A DNA stretch of 55,807 bases from Octopus bimaculoides (taxonomy: Eukaryota), in contig NC_069004.1 in assembly GCF_001194135.2 (NCBI RefSeq), positions 19,049,682 to 19,105,488 on the forward strand, read 5' to 3'. Below are positions 34,979 through 46,697 of the stretch, one piece after another. A program made the translations under genes and the position numbers. Below the pieces are notes generated by a model. It was not told the DNA's origin and made no database searches. It saw nothing but the letters and a program-made list of their open reading frames with translations. Position 1 is the first letter of the stretch. Each line of letters opens with the position of its first letter.

Positions 34979-35619
34979 NNNNNNNNNNNNNNNNNNNNNN
35001 NNNNNNNNNNNNNNNNNNNNNNNNNNNNNNNNNNNNNNNNNNNNNNNNNNNNNNNNNNNNNNNNNNNNNNNNNNNNNNNNNNNNNNNNNNNNNNNNNNNN
35101 NNNNNNNNNNNNNNNNNNNNNNNNNNNNNNNNNNNNNNNNNNNNNNNNNNNNNNNNNNNNNNNNNNNNNNNNNNNNNNNNNNNNNNNNNNNNNNNNNNNN
35201 NNNNNNNNNNNNNNNNNNNNNNNNNNNNNNNNNNNNNNNNNNNNNNNNNNNNNNNNNNNNNNNNNNNNNNNNNNNNNNNNNNNNNNNNNNNNNNNNNNNN
35301 NNNNNNNNNNNNNNNNNNNNNNNNNNNNNNNNNNNNNNNNNNNNNNNNNNNNNNNNNNNNNNNNNNNNNNNNNNNNNNNNNNNNNNNNNNNNNNNNNNNN
35401 NNNNNNNNNNNNNNNNNNNNTGTGTGTGTGTGTGTGTGCGCGTGCACTTACACAAATTTACATCCACAAATTTCATCGTCACCGACGTATTTAGTGTAAA
35501 GCGCCGTTCTGATGCCCCCAAATAATTCATATAGAGACGCACACGCATACACGCAGGGATCTGTATGTGTATGTCTGTGAGTGTTTGAGTGTTTGTGTGT
35601 GTGTGTTTCTTTGTGTATA

Positions 35620-35661
<42 letters not shown>

Positions 35662-36085
35662 GCTGCTCACTTGTTTGTTTGGTAAACCCGATAAGTTGAG
35701 AGTTGCGTAACATATTATGTAATCCTATAGATATTGTGTATGCTGCACACCTCACTGTACCGTGTTTACATCAAAATAAAGACTCTTAACGAAACAATTA
35801 TAGCAATACCAGATAACCCATTTGTCTGTTTTTATTGTTTTTACGCCATGCTTCAGGTTCCATTCACTGTTGGATACTTTTGGATATCATTAGAGTTGTG
35901 GATTACCGAACAACAGTGAACTGCCCTTCGTTGATGCATTCTGTGCTGTGATAATGGATTAATTAACTGTCTATTTTCAGTCACTCTGTCTAGCCAATAA
36001 TTGTGACGTACTTCACTTTGTTATGCCTCCTTCTCTTATGGATTCTCTGTCATTAAATCCCCCTCTCTCCCTCTCCCTCTCTCCT

Positions 36086-36123
<38 letters not shown>

Positions 36124-36353
36124 CATACATACATACATATATACATACATACATACACATATATATAAGGGTTATACTCTTTATGTTGCATGTCTCATTT
36201 CTCTGTTTGTTTTTTTCGTTGTTCGAAAAAAGTCCGTTTCTATGTTTTCGTTTCCCTTGTTTTCTTTGTATCGTCTGTCTGGATGTTTTGTTATCCCTTT
36301 TTAGTATCACCTAACTGTCTGAATGTTTTGCGTTCTTGTCCCATTTTGTATTT

Positions 36354-36408
<55 letters not shown>

Positions 36409-37124
36409 NNNNNNNNNNNNNNNNNNNNNNNNNNNNNNNNNNNNNNNNNNNNNNNNNNNNNNNNNNNNNNNNNNNNNNNNNNNNNNNNNNNNNNNNNNNN
36501 NNNNNNNNNNNNNNNNNNNNNNNNNNNNNNNNNNNNNNNNNNNNNNNNNNNNNNNNNNNNNNNNNNNNNNNNNNNNNNNNNNNNNNNNNNNNNNNNNNNN
36601 NNNNNNNNNNNNNNNNNNNNNNNNNNNNNNNNNNNNNNNNNNNNNNNNNNNNNNNNNNNNNNNNNNNNNNNNNNNNNNNNNNNNNNNNNNNNNNNNNNNN
36701 NNNNNNNNNNNNNNNNNNNNNNNNNNNNNNNNNNNNNNNNNNNNNNNNNNNNNNNNNNNNNNNNNNNNNNNNNNNNNNNNNNNNNNNNNNNNNNNNNNNN
36801 NNNNNNNNNNNNNNNNNNNNNNNNNNNNNNNNNNNNNNNNNNNNNNNNNNNNNNNNNNNNNNNNNNNNNNNNNNNNNNNNNNNNNNNNNNNNNNNNNNNN
36901 NNNNNNNNNNNNNNNNNNNNNNNNNNNNNNNNNNNNNNNNNNNNNNNNNNNNNNNNNNNNNNNNNNNNNNNNNNNNNNNNNNNNNNNNNNNNNNNNNNNN
37001 NNNNNNNNNNNNNNNNNNNNNNNNNNNNNNNNNNNNNNNNNNNNNNNNNNNNNNNNNNNNNNNNNNNNNNNNNNNNNNNNNNNNNNNNNNNNNNNNNNNN
37101 NNNNNNNNNNNNNNNNNNNNNNNN

Positions 37125-37164
<40 letters not shown>

Positions 37165-37174
37165 TATACATGTG

Positions 37175-37206
<32 letters not shown>

Positions 37207-37830
37207 TGTATGTATGTGCGTATGTACAAGAGGGAGAGAGAGAAAGGGGGAGAGAGGTAGAACAGACAGGTAGAGACAGACAGATATATAGGCAGATATA
37301 TATAATATATATATATACACAGATAGATAGATAGATAGATAGATAGATAGTTAAGAAAGAAATTATGCTTGTATGCAAGCGTGTATATATATTCGTATGT
37401 ATTTACGTGGGTATGTTTGAACGATTGTGTGTATGTATGTATGTATGTATGTATGTATGTATGTGTGTATGTATGTATGTATGAATGTATGTGTCTATAT
37501 ATATATATGGATGTATGTATGTAGATTTGTAGGTAGGGCGGTGGGGATGAAGGGACGAAGGCAGGGAGGGGAGGAAGGTGAGCGGTAGGTACAAAGTACA
37601 TAGGTAAGTAGGTGTAGGGGGGGAGGCTGGTAAGTAGACCGAAGAATGGTGAGTGCATTTACTTATAGGGTACCACTTGCTCGTAGTCCAATCTGTAATA
37701 CTGCAACGATGCCATTTAGGACAGGCAAGTTATTATGACCCAGTTTTATCTCAACATAAGACGGCTTTCAGCTGACCTGAATAATCGCTGACCTGGTTTA
37801 CATCATATTGAAATGGACGGCGAGTATTTG

Positions 37831-37861
<31 letters not shown>

Positions 37862-37984
37862 TATGCATGCACATCACACACACACATATATTCATACACA
37901 CACATACATTCATACATACATACACAGATATGCATGCATAAATACATACATACATATACGTATATGTATGCATACATACATACA

Positions 37985-38225
37985 TTCTTTCATTCTTTTA
38001 TTCGTTTCAGTCATTCTGACTGTGGCCATGCTGGAGCACAACATTAAGGGGCTTTTAGTCGCACATATTAACCACAGGGCTTATTCTTTGTAAGCCTTGT
38101 ACTTATTCTACCGTTCACTTTTACCGAACCGCTAAGTTACAGGAATATGACTCATCAACATCGGTTGTCAAGCGATGGGAGGTGGAGCAAACACAGACAC
38201 AAACAGACAAACATACAAACCCGTC

Positions 38226-38269
<44 letters not shown>

Positions 38270-38422
38270 GACGAGCTTCTTTCGGTTTCCGTCTACCAAA
38301 TCCACTCACAAGGCTTTGGTCGACCCAAAACTGTAGTAGAAGACATTTGCCCAAGGTGCCACGTAGTGGGACTGACCACGTGACCATGTGGTTCGGAAGC
38401 AAACTTCTTACTATGCAGCTAC
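37985..38422 (-). mobile_element. SINE family A, near full length
   Basis: Reverse-complement homology with internal (TA)n. Confidence 0.92.
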
Positions 38423-38662
38423 GTACATACATACATGTACGAGAACATCGGTGATGATGTCGAAGTTCCAATAAAAATCTTCTTTCTGAATTCGACACCT
38501 GCCCTTTGCTATTGGTGAGAAATTTAAATAAATCTCAGACACATACATGCATACATACATACATACATACATACATACGAACACACACACACACACACAT
38601 ACGCAAACATACGTACACAGACATACACGCATATGCTTTAATGTGTGTGCGTGTGTACGTGT

Positions 38663-38893
38663 GTTATTTCTTTACTACCCACAAGGGGCTACACATAGAG
38701 GGGACAAACAAGGACAGACAAACGGATTAAGTTGATTATATCGACCCAGTGTTTCACTGGTACTTATTTAATCGACCCCGAAAGGATGAAAGGCAAAGTC
38801 GACCTCGGCGGAATTTGAACTCAGGGCGTAATGGTAGACAATACCGCTAAGCATTTCGCCCGGCGTGCTAACGTTTCTGCCAGCTCGCCGCCT
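38663..38893 (-). mobile_element. SINE family C with alternative 3' tail
   Basis: Family C head and core. The tail GTTTGTCTGTCCTTGTTTGTCCCC...GCCCCTTGTGGG..TAAAGAA is shared with 51083-51282. Confidence 0.92.
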
Positions 38894-38951
38894 TATGCGT
38901 GTGTACGTGTGTGTGTGTGTATGTATACGTGTGGTGTGTGTAGTGTATACG

Positions 38952-39003
<52 letters not shown>

Positions 39004-40114
39004 CGCGCGAGGTGTGTGTCTGTCTTTATGTGTGCGCACGCATATCAAATATCACTAAGGTTTCTGAAAGTTTGCATAGAGGCACACCTTCAAGATATAA
39101 GATATTAGGTTCTGTGACTTTTACCCATAGACTCTATAAAATCGGACAACGCCTTNNNNNNNNNNNNNNNNNNNNNNNNNNNNNNNNNNNNNNNNNNNNN
39201 NNNNNNNNNNNNNNNNNNNNNNNNNNNNNNNNNNNNNNNNNNNNNNNNNNNNNNNNNNNNNNNNNNNNNNNNNNNNNNNNNNNNNNNNNNNNNNNNNNNN
39301 NNNNNNNNNNNNNNNNNNNNNNNNNNNNNNNNNNNNNNNNNNNNNNNNNNNNNNNNNNNNNNNNNNNNNNNNNNNNNNNNNNNNNNNNNNNNNNNNNNNN
39401 NNNNNNNNNNNNNNNNNNNNNNNNNNNNNNNNNNNNNNNNNNNNNNNNNNNNNNNNNNNNNNNNNNNNNNNNNNNNNNNNNNNNNNNNNNNNNNNNNNNN
39501 NNNNNNNNNNNNNNNNNNNNNNNNNNNNNNNNNNNNNNNNNNNNNNNNNNNNNNNNNNNNNNNNNNNNNNNNNNNNNNNNNNNNNNNNNNNNNNNNNNNN
39601 NNNNNNNNNNNNNNNNNNNNNNNNNNNNNNNNNNNNNNNNNNNNNNNNNNNNNNNNNNNNNNNNNNNNNNNNNNNNNNNNNNNNNNNNNNNNNNNNNNNN
39701 NNNNNNNNNNNNNNNNNNNNNNNNNNNNNNNNNNNNNNNNNNNNNNNNNNNNNNNNNNNNNNNNNNNNNNNNNNNNNNNNNNNNNNNNNNNNNNNNNNNN
39801 NNNNNNNNNNNNNNNNNNNNNNNNNNNNNNNNNNNNNNNNNNNNNNNNNNNNNNNNNNNNNNNNNNNNNNNNNNNNNNNNNNNNNNNNNNNNNNNNNNNN
39901 NNNNNNNNNNNNNNNNNNNNNNNNNNNNNNNNNNNNNNNNNNNNNNNNNNNNNNNNNNNNNNNNNNNNNNNNNNNNNNNNNNNNNNNNNNNNNNNNNNNN
40001 NNNNNNNNNNNNNNNNNNNNNNNNNNNNNNNNNNNNNNNNNNNNNNNNNNNNNNNNNNNNNNNNNNNNNNNNNNNNNNNNNNNNNNNNNNNNNNNNNNTC
40101 TGATCAATAAGTAT

Positions 40115-40266
40115 CCGGGTTTCTTTCAGTTTCCGTCTACGAAATCTACTGACAGGGCTTTGGTCAACTAGGTCTAAAGCACTAACCCGAGCTGCAATGC
40201 AGTGGACTGAACCCGCAACCATTTAGTTGGGAATCAAATTTCTAACCACACAGCTACACCTGCGCC
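40115..40266 (-). mobile_element. SINE family A 5' half
   Basis: Reverse-complement homology. Confidence 0.85.
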
Positions 40267-40498
40267 GAGCAGTTAAATCTTACGCAAATCGCAGTCTGTC
40301 GTCCTAAAAATATTAAAGGAAACCTTGGATAATGGGGTCTTGTAGCCTTTGGAAAAAGAGAAAAACTTTGGTTGTCTTCGACGGAATGGCTTAGATTTTA
40401 AGGCTCAGGTATCAACTACAACGAAAACAACAAATCAATTTATGATTTCATGGGGCTTGTCATTTTTTAAAATTATTCAGTATTTATGAAATGAGAGT

Positions 40499-40879
40499 GG
40501 AGGTGCAATGGCCCAGTGGTTAGGGCAGCGGACTCGCGGTCGTAGGATCGCGGTTTCGATTCCCAGACCGGGCGTTGTGAGTGTTTACTGAGGGAAAACA
40601 CCTAAAGTTCCACAAGGCTCCGGCAGGGGATGGTGGCGAACCCTGCTGTACTCTTTCACCACAACTTTCTCTCACTCTTTCTTCCTGTTTCTGTTGTGCC
40701 TGTATTTCAAAGGATCAGCCTTGTCACACTCTGTGTCACGCTGGATCTCCCCGAGAACTACGTTAAGGGTACACATGTCTGTGGAGTACTTAGCCACTTG
40801 CACATTAATTTCACGAGCAGGCTGTTCCGTTGATTGGATCAACTGGAACTCTCGTCGTCGTAACCGACGGAGTGCCAAC
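40499..40879 (+). mobile_element. tRNA-derived SINE family D (distinct head and body, tail X), full length
   Basis: A box TGGCCCAGTGG, B box GGTTTCGATTCCC, a unique middle, and the same 3' tail as 1992-2308. It resembles described octopus tRNA-SINEs (OK/OR type, from memory). Confidence 0.9.
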
Positions 40880-41020
40880 CATGAAATGAGAACCGACGCA
40901 ACACTGTCTACAAACTTCGACTCAATTAATTCTAATAAAACGAACAGAAACGCCGCCGTTCCACCGGATGGTTTTCTGCTGCTGTATGACATGTTTGGTT
41001 GCACGAAACTGCTATGATAT

Positions 41021-41067
<47 letters not shown>

Positions 41068-41159
41068 TGCATACCAGACGTTTTGAGACTTATTTTTAGG
41101 AGAGGCAGTTATAATTGTTCTAGATTACTGTAATTTTAGTATACATTACTATACATTTA

Positions 41160-41885
41160 ATAAGCTGAGCTGCTAACAGTTTTTGGTTCCAGATTGAAGC
41201 AGACGGCTGTGACAGCACTTTGAACACGCCCTAATAAGCATTGCTTGTCACACCTGACAAATTTGCAGAATACAGTCGGGACGTGAAGATAATTTGGAAG
41301 CTCGCTATGCAATAGAGCTTCGTGTTGAATTAAGCGAAAACGCTACAGAAATTTATAAAACGCTCCAGACTCCTTGTGGATTAATTTGTATGAGCCGAGC
41401 ATCTATTTTCACTGGCACAAGAGGCCAGGCAAAGCGAGTCCACCGGGAAGTTCATGATGACTCCCTTTTCTGACAGTAAGAGTTTCATCTATGTCCACAT
41501 GGTTTCCCCCTAGCCAGAGTCAACAAAGAGGGCTTTGTGAAGGTTTCGAAGGAGTTCAGGAAAAGATTTCGTCGCAAAAGGCCAGGATACCCGCAGCAGG
41601 AAAATACAGCAGTCCATAGTTCCATCCTGGTAACCAACTACTTGATAAAGTTGGGCATCAAAACCGTCCTTCACCATCCCTGAAGTCCAGACCTTGCTCC
41701 TTGTGACTTTTGCTTGCTCTCCAAGCTGAAAAAGAAGATGAATGAGGCTGTGACAAGGGTCCTGGACACCTTCACTTTAGAGGGCTTTCATGCTACAGCA
41801 AGAACACTGAAGTCAAAGGATCTCACTTTAAAGGGAATTAGAGTTTTGTATTTCCTTGAAATTAATAAATGTCTCTCAAATACGC
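41160..41885 (+). pseudogene. Mariner transposase relic with internal deletions
   Basis: N-terminal EDNLEARYAIELRV...SRASIFHWHKR and signature HHP*SPDLAPCDF at 41672-41710. Confidence 0.85.
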
Positions 41886-42013
41886 ACACACACATATATG
41901 TTTGAATGTCTGTCTGTCTGTCTGTCTGTCTGTATGTATGTATGTATGTATGTATGTTTGTATGTATGTATGTATGTATTATGTATGCGTGTATGTATGT
42001 ATGCATGTATGTA

Positions 42014-42395
42014 CAAGGTGTCTGGGCCAAATTTTATAGTTTGCATAAAAGAAAAAGAAAACACAGTATCACATACAAAAAGAAAAAGTATTTTTAAAAA
42101 TCAAAGAATATCAACAGGATTATGGCTGGGAGATAACAGTTTACTCAAAGCAGCTACCTTCAGCTTTCTCCACGGTTTCAAGAACCTTGCGCATGCGTTC
42201 TTGGGAAGATCTTCGAATACCTCCTTGATCTCGGCCACCAGTCCAGCAGAGCGGTTGACGTCATTCTCAACCATGCTTCACATAGAGTAATCGATGGGAT
42301 TATAATCAGGGGAATCAGTTGGTCAGGAATTGGGGTTGGTGAAATTGTAGAAATTTTCCGCCATCCACTTCTGACTCTTTCTGGAGCCAAGTCTT
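42014..42395 (-). mobile_element. Tc1/mariner (maT/DD37D-like) 3' end
   Basis: Minus strand gives SRKSQKWMAENFYNFTNPNS*PTDSPDYNPIDYSM*SMVE...NACARFLETVEKAEGSCFE*. The terminus TA-CAAGGTGTC is at 42012-42022. Confidence 0.75.
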
Positions 42396-42419
42396 GTTAA
42401 CCATCCCTAAGACATGGGA

Positions 42420-42579
42420 AAGTGTCCTCTTCCAGTTTCTTTACTCTTGTTTAGAAAGAGCATACTCAGAGTTGGTCCATTCGGTCTCACTAGTCTTGCC
42501 ACTTTCATCCACCTTTTGATAAACACACTAGAAAGCAGCACCTCCCTCTCTACCCTTAGCTTTCTCATCTTCCTCTTCA

Positions 42580-42580
<1 letters not shown>
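42420..42580 (-). pseudogene. L1/Tx1 ORF2 extreme C-terminal fragment
   Basis: LKRKMRKLRVEREVLLSSVFIKRWMKVARLVRPNGPTLSM resembles the C-terminus of mollusc L1/Tx1 ORF2 (recall). Confidence 0.5.
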
Positions 42581-42610
<30 letters not shown>

Positions 42611-42885
42611 GCCCCGGGCTAAATAGCAACGTAGATGTACTCTAAGAACCTTTCTCTCTCCACAAAACATACTTAATCTAATAACATCGGTGCAATGGAA
42701 GGAAAACTACAGAAAAAGTCCTGTTGAAGCAAAGGAACTAAAAAAATCGGAAAGATTTTCGTTACATACAGTGTAGTTTCTTTTTTAAATGCATATCTCA
42801 ATGTGACATACGCAAAACGTCGAAACCAGCGCCAAGAACCCTGGAGAAGTACACTAATTACACAGTAAGTATGTAAATTGAATAA

Positions 42886-43914
42886 TCTATACTATATATA
42901 AAACAGAGATGTGTGTGTAATCACTTTTCACGTGAAATCGACTTCACCAAATGCTTCCATACTTGTGATGCGAGAATAATTTGACCTCGGATAAATCTTA
43001 GGCTCTTCATTTGATTTTTTTAATTAAAAATAAATAATATTGCTTTATATTTAAGATTCGCTTCTTTAAAAAGGTTCCTCAATGTCAACTTCCGGTATTG
43101 ACGTAACAACGGCAAAAAAGCTTCNNNNNNNNNNNNNNNNNNNNNNNNNNNNNNNNNNNNNNNNNNNNNNNNNNNNNNNNNNNNNNNNNNNNNNNNNNNN
43201 NNNNNNNNNNNNNNNNNNNNNNNNNNNNNNNNNNNNNNNNNNNNNNNNNNNNNNNNNNNNNNNNNNNNNNNNNNNNNNNNNNNNNNNNNNNNNNNNNNNN
43301 NNNNNNNNNNNNNNNNNNNNNNNNNNNNNNNNNNNNNNNNNNNNNNNNNNNNNNNNNNNNNNNNNNNNNNNNNNNNNNNNNNNNNNNNNNNNNNNNNNNN
43401 NNNNNNNNNNNNNNNNNNNNNNNNNNNNNNNNNNNNNNNNNNNNNNNNNNNNNNNNNNNNNNNNNNNNNNNNNNNNNNNNNNNNNNNNNNNNNNNNNNNN
43501 NNNNNNNNNNNNNNNNNNNNNNNNNNNNNNNNNNNNNNNNNNNNNNNNNNNNNNNNNNNNNNATACAAACATATTTACAAAGACACACGTATGTATGCGC
43601 GCGCGCGTGCGTGCGTGCGTGCGTGGGGGGTTCCACAATCGCCAATTATTTCAATTACTCTTGTGAGGATATTCACGTAAATCATTTCTTTCATTTAATC
43701 CCCATTTTAATTTTCGTAAAAGTTTCCAAGTACCAATGAGGCTTTTTGGCACATCTTCAATTTTCCCCATTCATGAGAGGCGCCCAGCCATCATTCATCT
43801 GAGAGTCCATCTACAGAATGTCCTCAAATTTCTATACAGCATATTCTGCCTTTTTTTTCTTCAAGTATATAAGCAACAATTTCATTCCCGAGCAACGCCG
43901 GGTGCCTCTGCTAG
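42886..43914 (+). mobile_element. Non-autonomous Helitron with both termini
   Basis: 5' A|TCTATACTATATATAAAA; 3' hairpin CCCGAGCAACGCCGGG (43887-43902) then CTAG|T, i.e. an A/T target. An internal relic STNEAFWHIFNFP-IHERRPAIIHLRVHLQN comes from RepHel. Contains a gap at 43125-43563. Confidence 0.9.
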
Positions 43915-44014
43915 TTACCTATAAAGACAACTGTCCATGCATCCATGTGCACATGCTAATATTTACAAGCAACATAGATAATGTCTACACGATACACGCG
44001 TACACACACTAAAT

Positions 44015-45827
44015 CAGGGTTTCCCAGCCCACCGGTGGGCGATTTCAATTATCAAGTGGGCGATGAACGAATTTTTAGGAAATGGTGGGTGATCTAAAAT
44101 TTTGGTGGGCGATAAAGGATTTTTGTTAATTAAGTATGTTTTCCCTAGTCTAAACTTTGGAAGTAGTATCCAGCTGTCCTTACCAGTGAAATAAACAACT
44201 CTATCAATCTGCTTAATGAAACAACTCTATCTATCTGCTACCTAGCTATCTCACTCCAATGAGACAAACAACCCTTCAGTCACCGAAATAAAACGCCTAC
44301 ACAGCGGCTAAACATCAAACGATTATTTTGGCATAAATAGAGTGAGTAGCTTCAAACGATTTCGCCAGTTGACCTTTGGCAGACCCAGCTTGCATATCGT
44401 CGTTTCTCTCCTCTGCCACTCACACACTCCTTATACTTCTGTATTGCCGCTTCATGTATGGAAGACATCACTGAACGAACTATAATCTCTTGTCCGCTCG
44501 TCCTTTCACTTCTGCCTTCGTCCGTTCATCCTTATCGTATGCTATAACAATCCTTTTTTAGAGCTATTCTCAAATCAGATCAGAAGTAGTGACCAGAACC
44601 ATTAACCACGTCACTACACTTGCATTGGATGCACACACATCCGCGTGCATCGCGAATTTCTGCGTTTGCCGATTCCGCTTCTATGGATTCTTTTTTCGAA
44701 TTTTAATTTTCCTGATGCCTCCGTTAAAGAAAACTTGTCGCCAGTACAGCATTAATTATTTATCATATGGATTTATTGCTTCTTCTCAGATCTGTCAATT
44801 ACCCATGTGTCTTCTTTGCCAGCAAACTTTGAGCAATGAAGCTATGAAACCTTCACACTTGAAATATCATTTTGATTCCAAGCATTCCAACAAAAAAGAC
44901 AAACCATTGTCATATTTTCTGCAACTTAAGGCCTCTCTCGAAAACCAGAAAACAATGAACACGATGTTTACAGAAGCAACTGTACAGGAAAATGATGGTA
45001 TGATTGCGCCGTACAATATTGCATTACTGGCGGCAAAGACCGGGAAGTCCTACACTATAGGAGAAACATTGCTTCGACCTGTCGAAGTCTGACACAATTA
45101 CCAAGAAAATTCTACTTAGTAACAATACAATTTCTCGACGAATAGATGAAATGGCCGCCGATGTCAAACATCAACTCATTCAAATTCTCCAGTGTTCTGA
45201 ATTTTCTATACAAGTGGATGAGTCAACGGTTATCGATAACCAATGTGTGATGATGGCTTGTGTTCGATATTTCAGTGAATACCTCCAACCTTGTGAGGAA
45301 AAGCTGTTCACATAGAACTTGCTGCTTGATTCAAAAGGTACATCTATTTTCAATATGCTTAAGCGTTTCCTTTCTGAATATCATATCCCACTGACCAATA
45401 TTATTGCCTGTGCGTTTGATGGGGCCCCTTCATGGTTGGAAGATACAGAGGTTTTTTCATCTCTCCTAAAGCGTGAAATTTCTCAACAGATTTTTAACAG
45501 CTCATTGTGTGATACATCGACATTTAATGGCAAAAAATATCAATGGTCGGTTGAATGATGCACTGCAGTTGGTTATCAAAACTGTGAATAAACTGAAATC
45601 AAATTCCTTGTCTGATCGAATTTTCCGTCAACTGTGTCTGGATAATGATGATGACTTTGTAAGGCTTCTGTACCATACTGAAGTACGATGGCTGTCGAAG
45701 GACAACTGTGTTGTTCGCTTTGTTGAACTGTTTCATGTGATCATATCTTTCTTTGAAAGTACTTCTCTGTTGGCTTCATTGATTGCTGCAAAGCGCGATA
45801 TTTTTCTGATATTCACTAAATTTAATG
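44015..45827 (+). mobile_element. hAT Buster-subfamily transposon, left end plus transposase pseudogene
   Basis: Left terminus CAGGGTTTCCCA is preceded by CACTAAAT (nnnTAnnn). The right end is probably in the gap. Confidence 0.85.
44715..45827 (+). pseudogene. Buster/ZBED5/SCAND3-like hAT transposase pseudogene
   Basis: RQYSINYLSYGF, BED finger PMCLLCQQTLSNEAMKPSHLKYHFDSKH, LSNNTISRRIDEMA, QVDEST, CAFDGAP, HCVIHR and LYHTEVRWLSK, with stops and frameshifts. Confidence 0.93.
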
Positions 45828-46654
45828 NNNNNNNNNNNNNNNNNNNNNNNNNNNNNNNNNNNNNNNNNNNNNNNNNNNNNNNNNNNNNNNNNNNNNNNNN
45901 NNNNNNNNNNNNNNNNNNNNNNNNNNNNNNNNNNNNNNNNNNNNNNNNNNNNNNNNNNNNNNNNNNNNNNNNNNNNNNNNNNNNNNNNNNNNNNNNNNNN
46001 NNNNNNNNNNNNNNNNNNNNNNNNNNNNNNNNNNNNNNNNNNNNNNNNNNNNNNNNNNNNNNNNNNNNNNNNNNNNNNNNNNNNNNNNNNNNNNNNNNNN
46101 NNNNNNNNNNNNNNNNNNNNNNNNNNNNNNNNNNNNNNNNNNNNNNNNNNNNNNNNNNNNNNNNNNNNNNNNNNNNNNNNNNNNNNNNNNNNNNNNNNNN
46201 NNNNNNNNNNNNNNNNNNNNNNNNNNNNNNNNNNNNNNNNNNNNNNNNNNNNNNNNNNNNNNNNNNNNNNNNNNNNNNNNNNNNNNNNNNNNNNNNNNNN
46301 NNNNNNNNNNNNNNNNNNNNNNNNNNNNNNNNNNNNNNNNNNNNNNNNNNNNNNNNNNNNNNNNNNNNNNNNNNNNNNNNNNNNNNNNNNNNNNNNNNNN
46401 NNNNNNNNNNNNNNNNNNNNNNNNNNNNNNNNNNNNNNNNNNNNNNNNNNNNNNNNNNNNNNNNNNNNNNNNNNNNNNNNNNNNNNNNNNNNNNNNNNNN
46501 NNNNNNNNNNNNNNNNNNNNNNNNNNNNNNNNNNNNNNNNNNNNNNNNNNNNNNNNNNNNNNNNNNNNNNNNNNNNNNNNNNNNNNNNNNNNNNNNNNNN
46601 NNNNNNNNNNNNNNNNNNNNNNNNNNNNNNNNNNNNNNNNNNNNNNNNNNNNNN

Positions 46655-46689
<35 letters not shown>

Positions 46690-46697
<8 letters not shown>

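Noticed and set aside
35905-35950. Minus-strand peptide TECINEGQFTVV resembling a ZP-domain start
   Set aside because: Only 13 residues with weak splice context; expected by chance.
37655-37720. Minus-strand MASLQYYRLDYEQVVPYK with cadherin-like LDYE
   Set aside because: A four-residue match, with no DxNDN or AxDxG motifs nearby and a stop immediately after.
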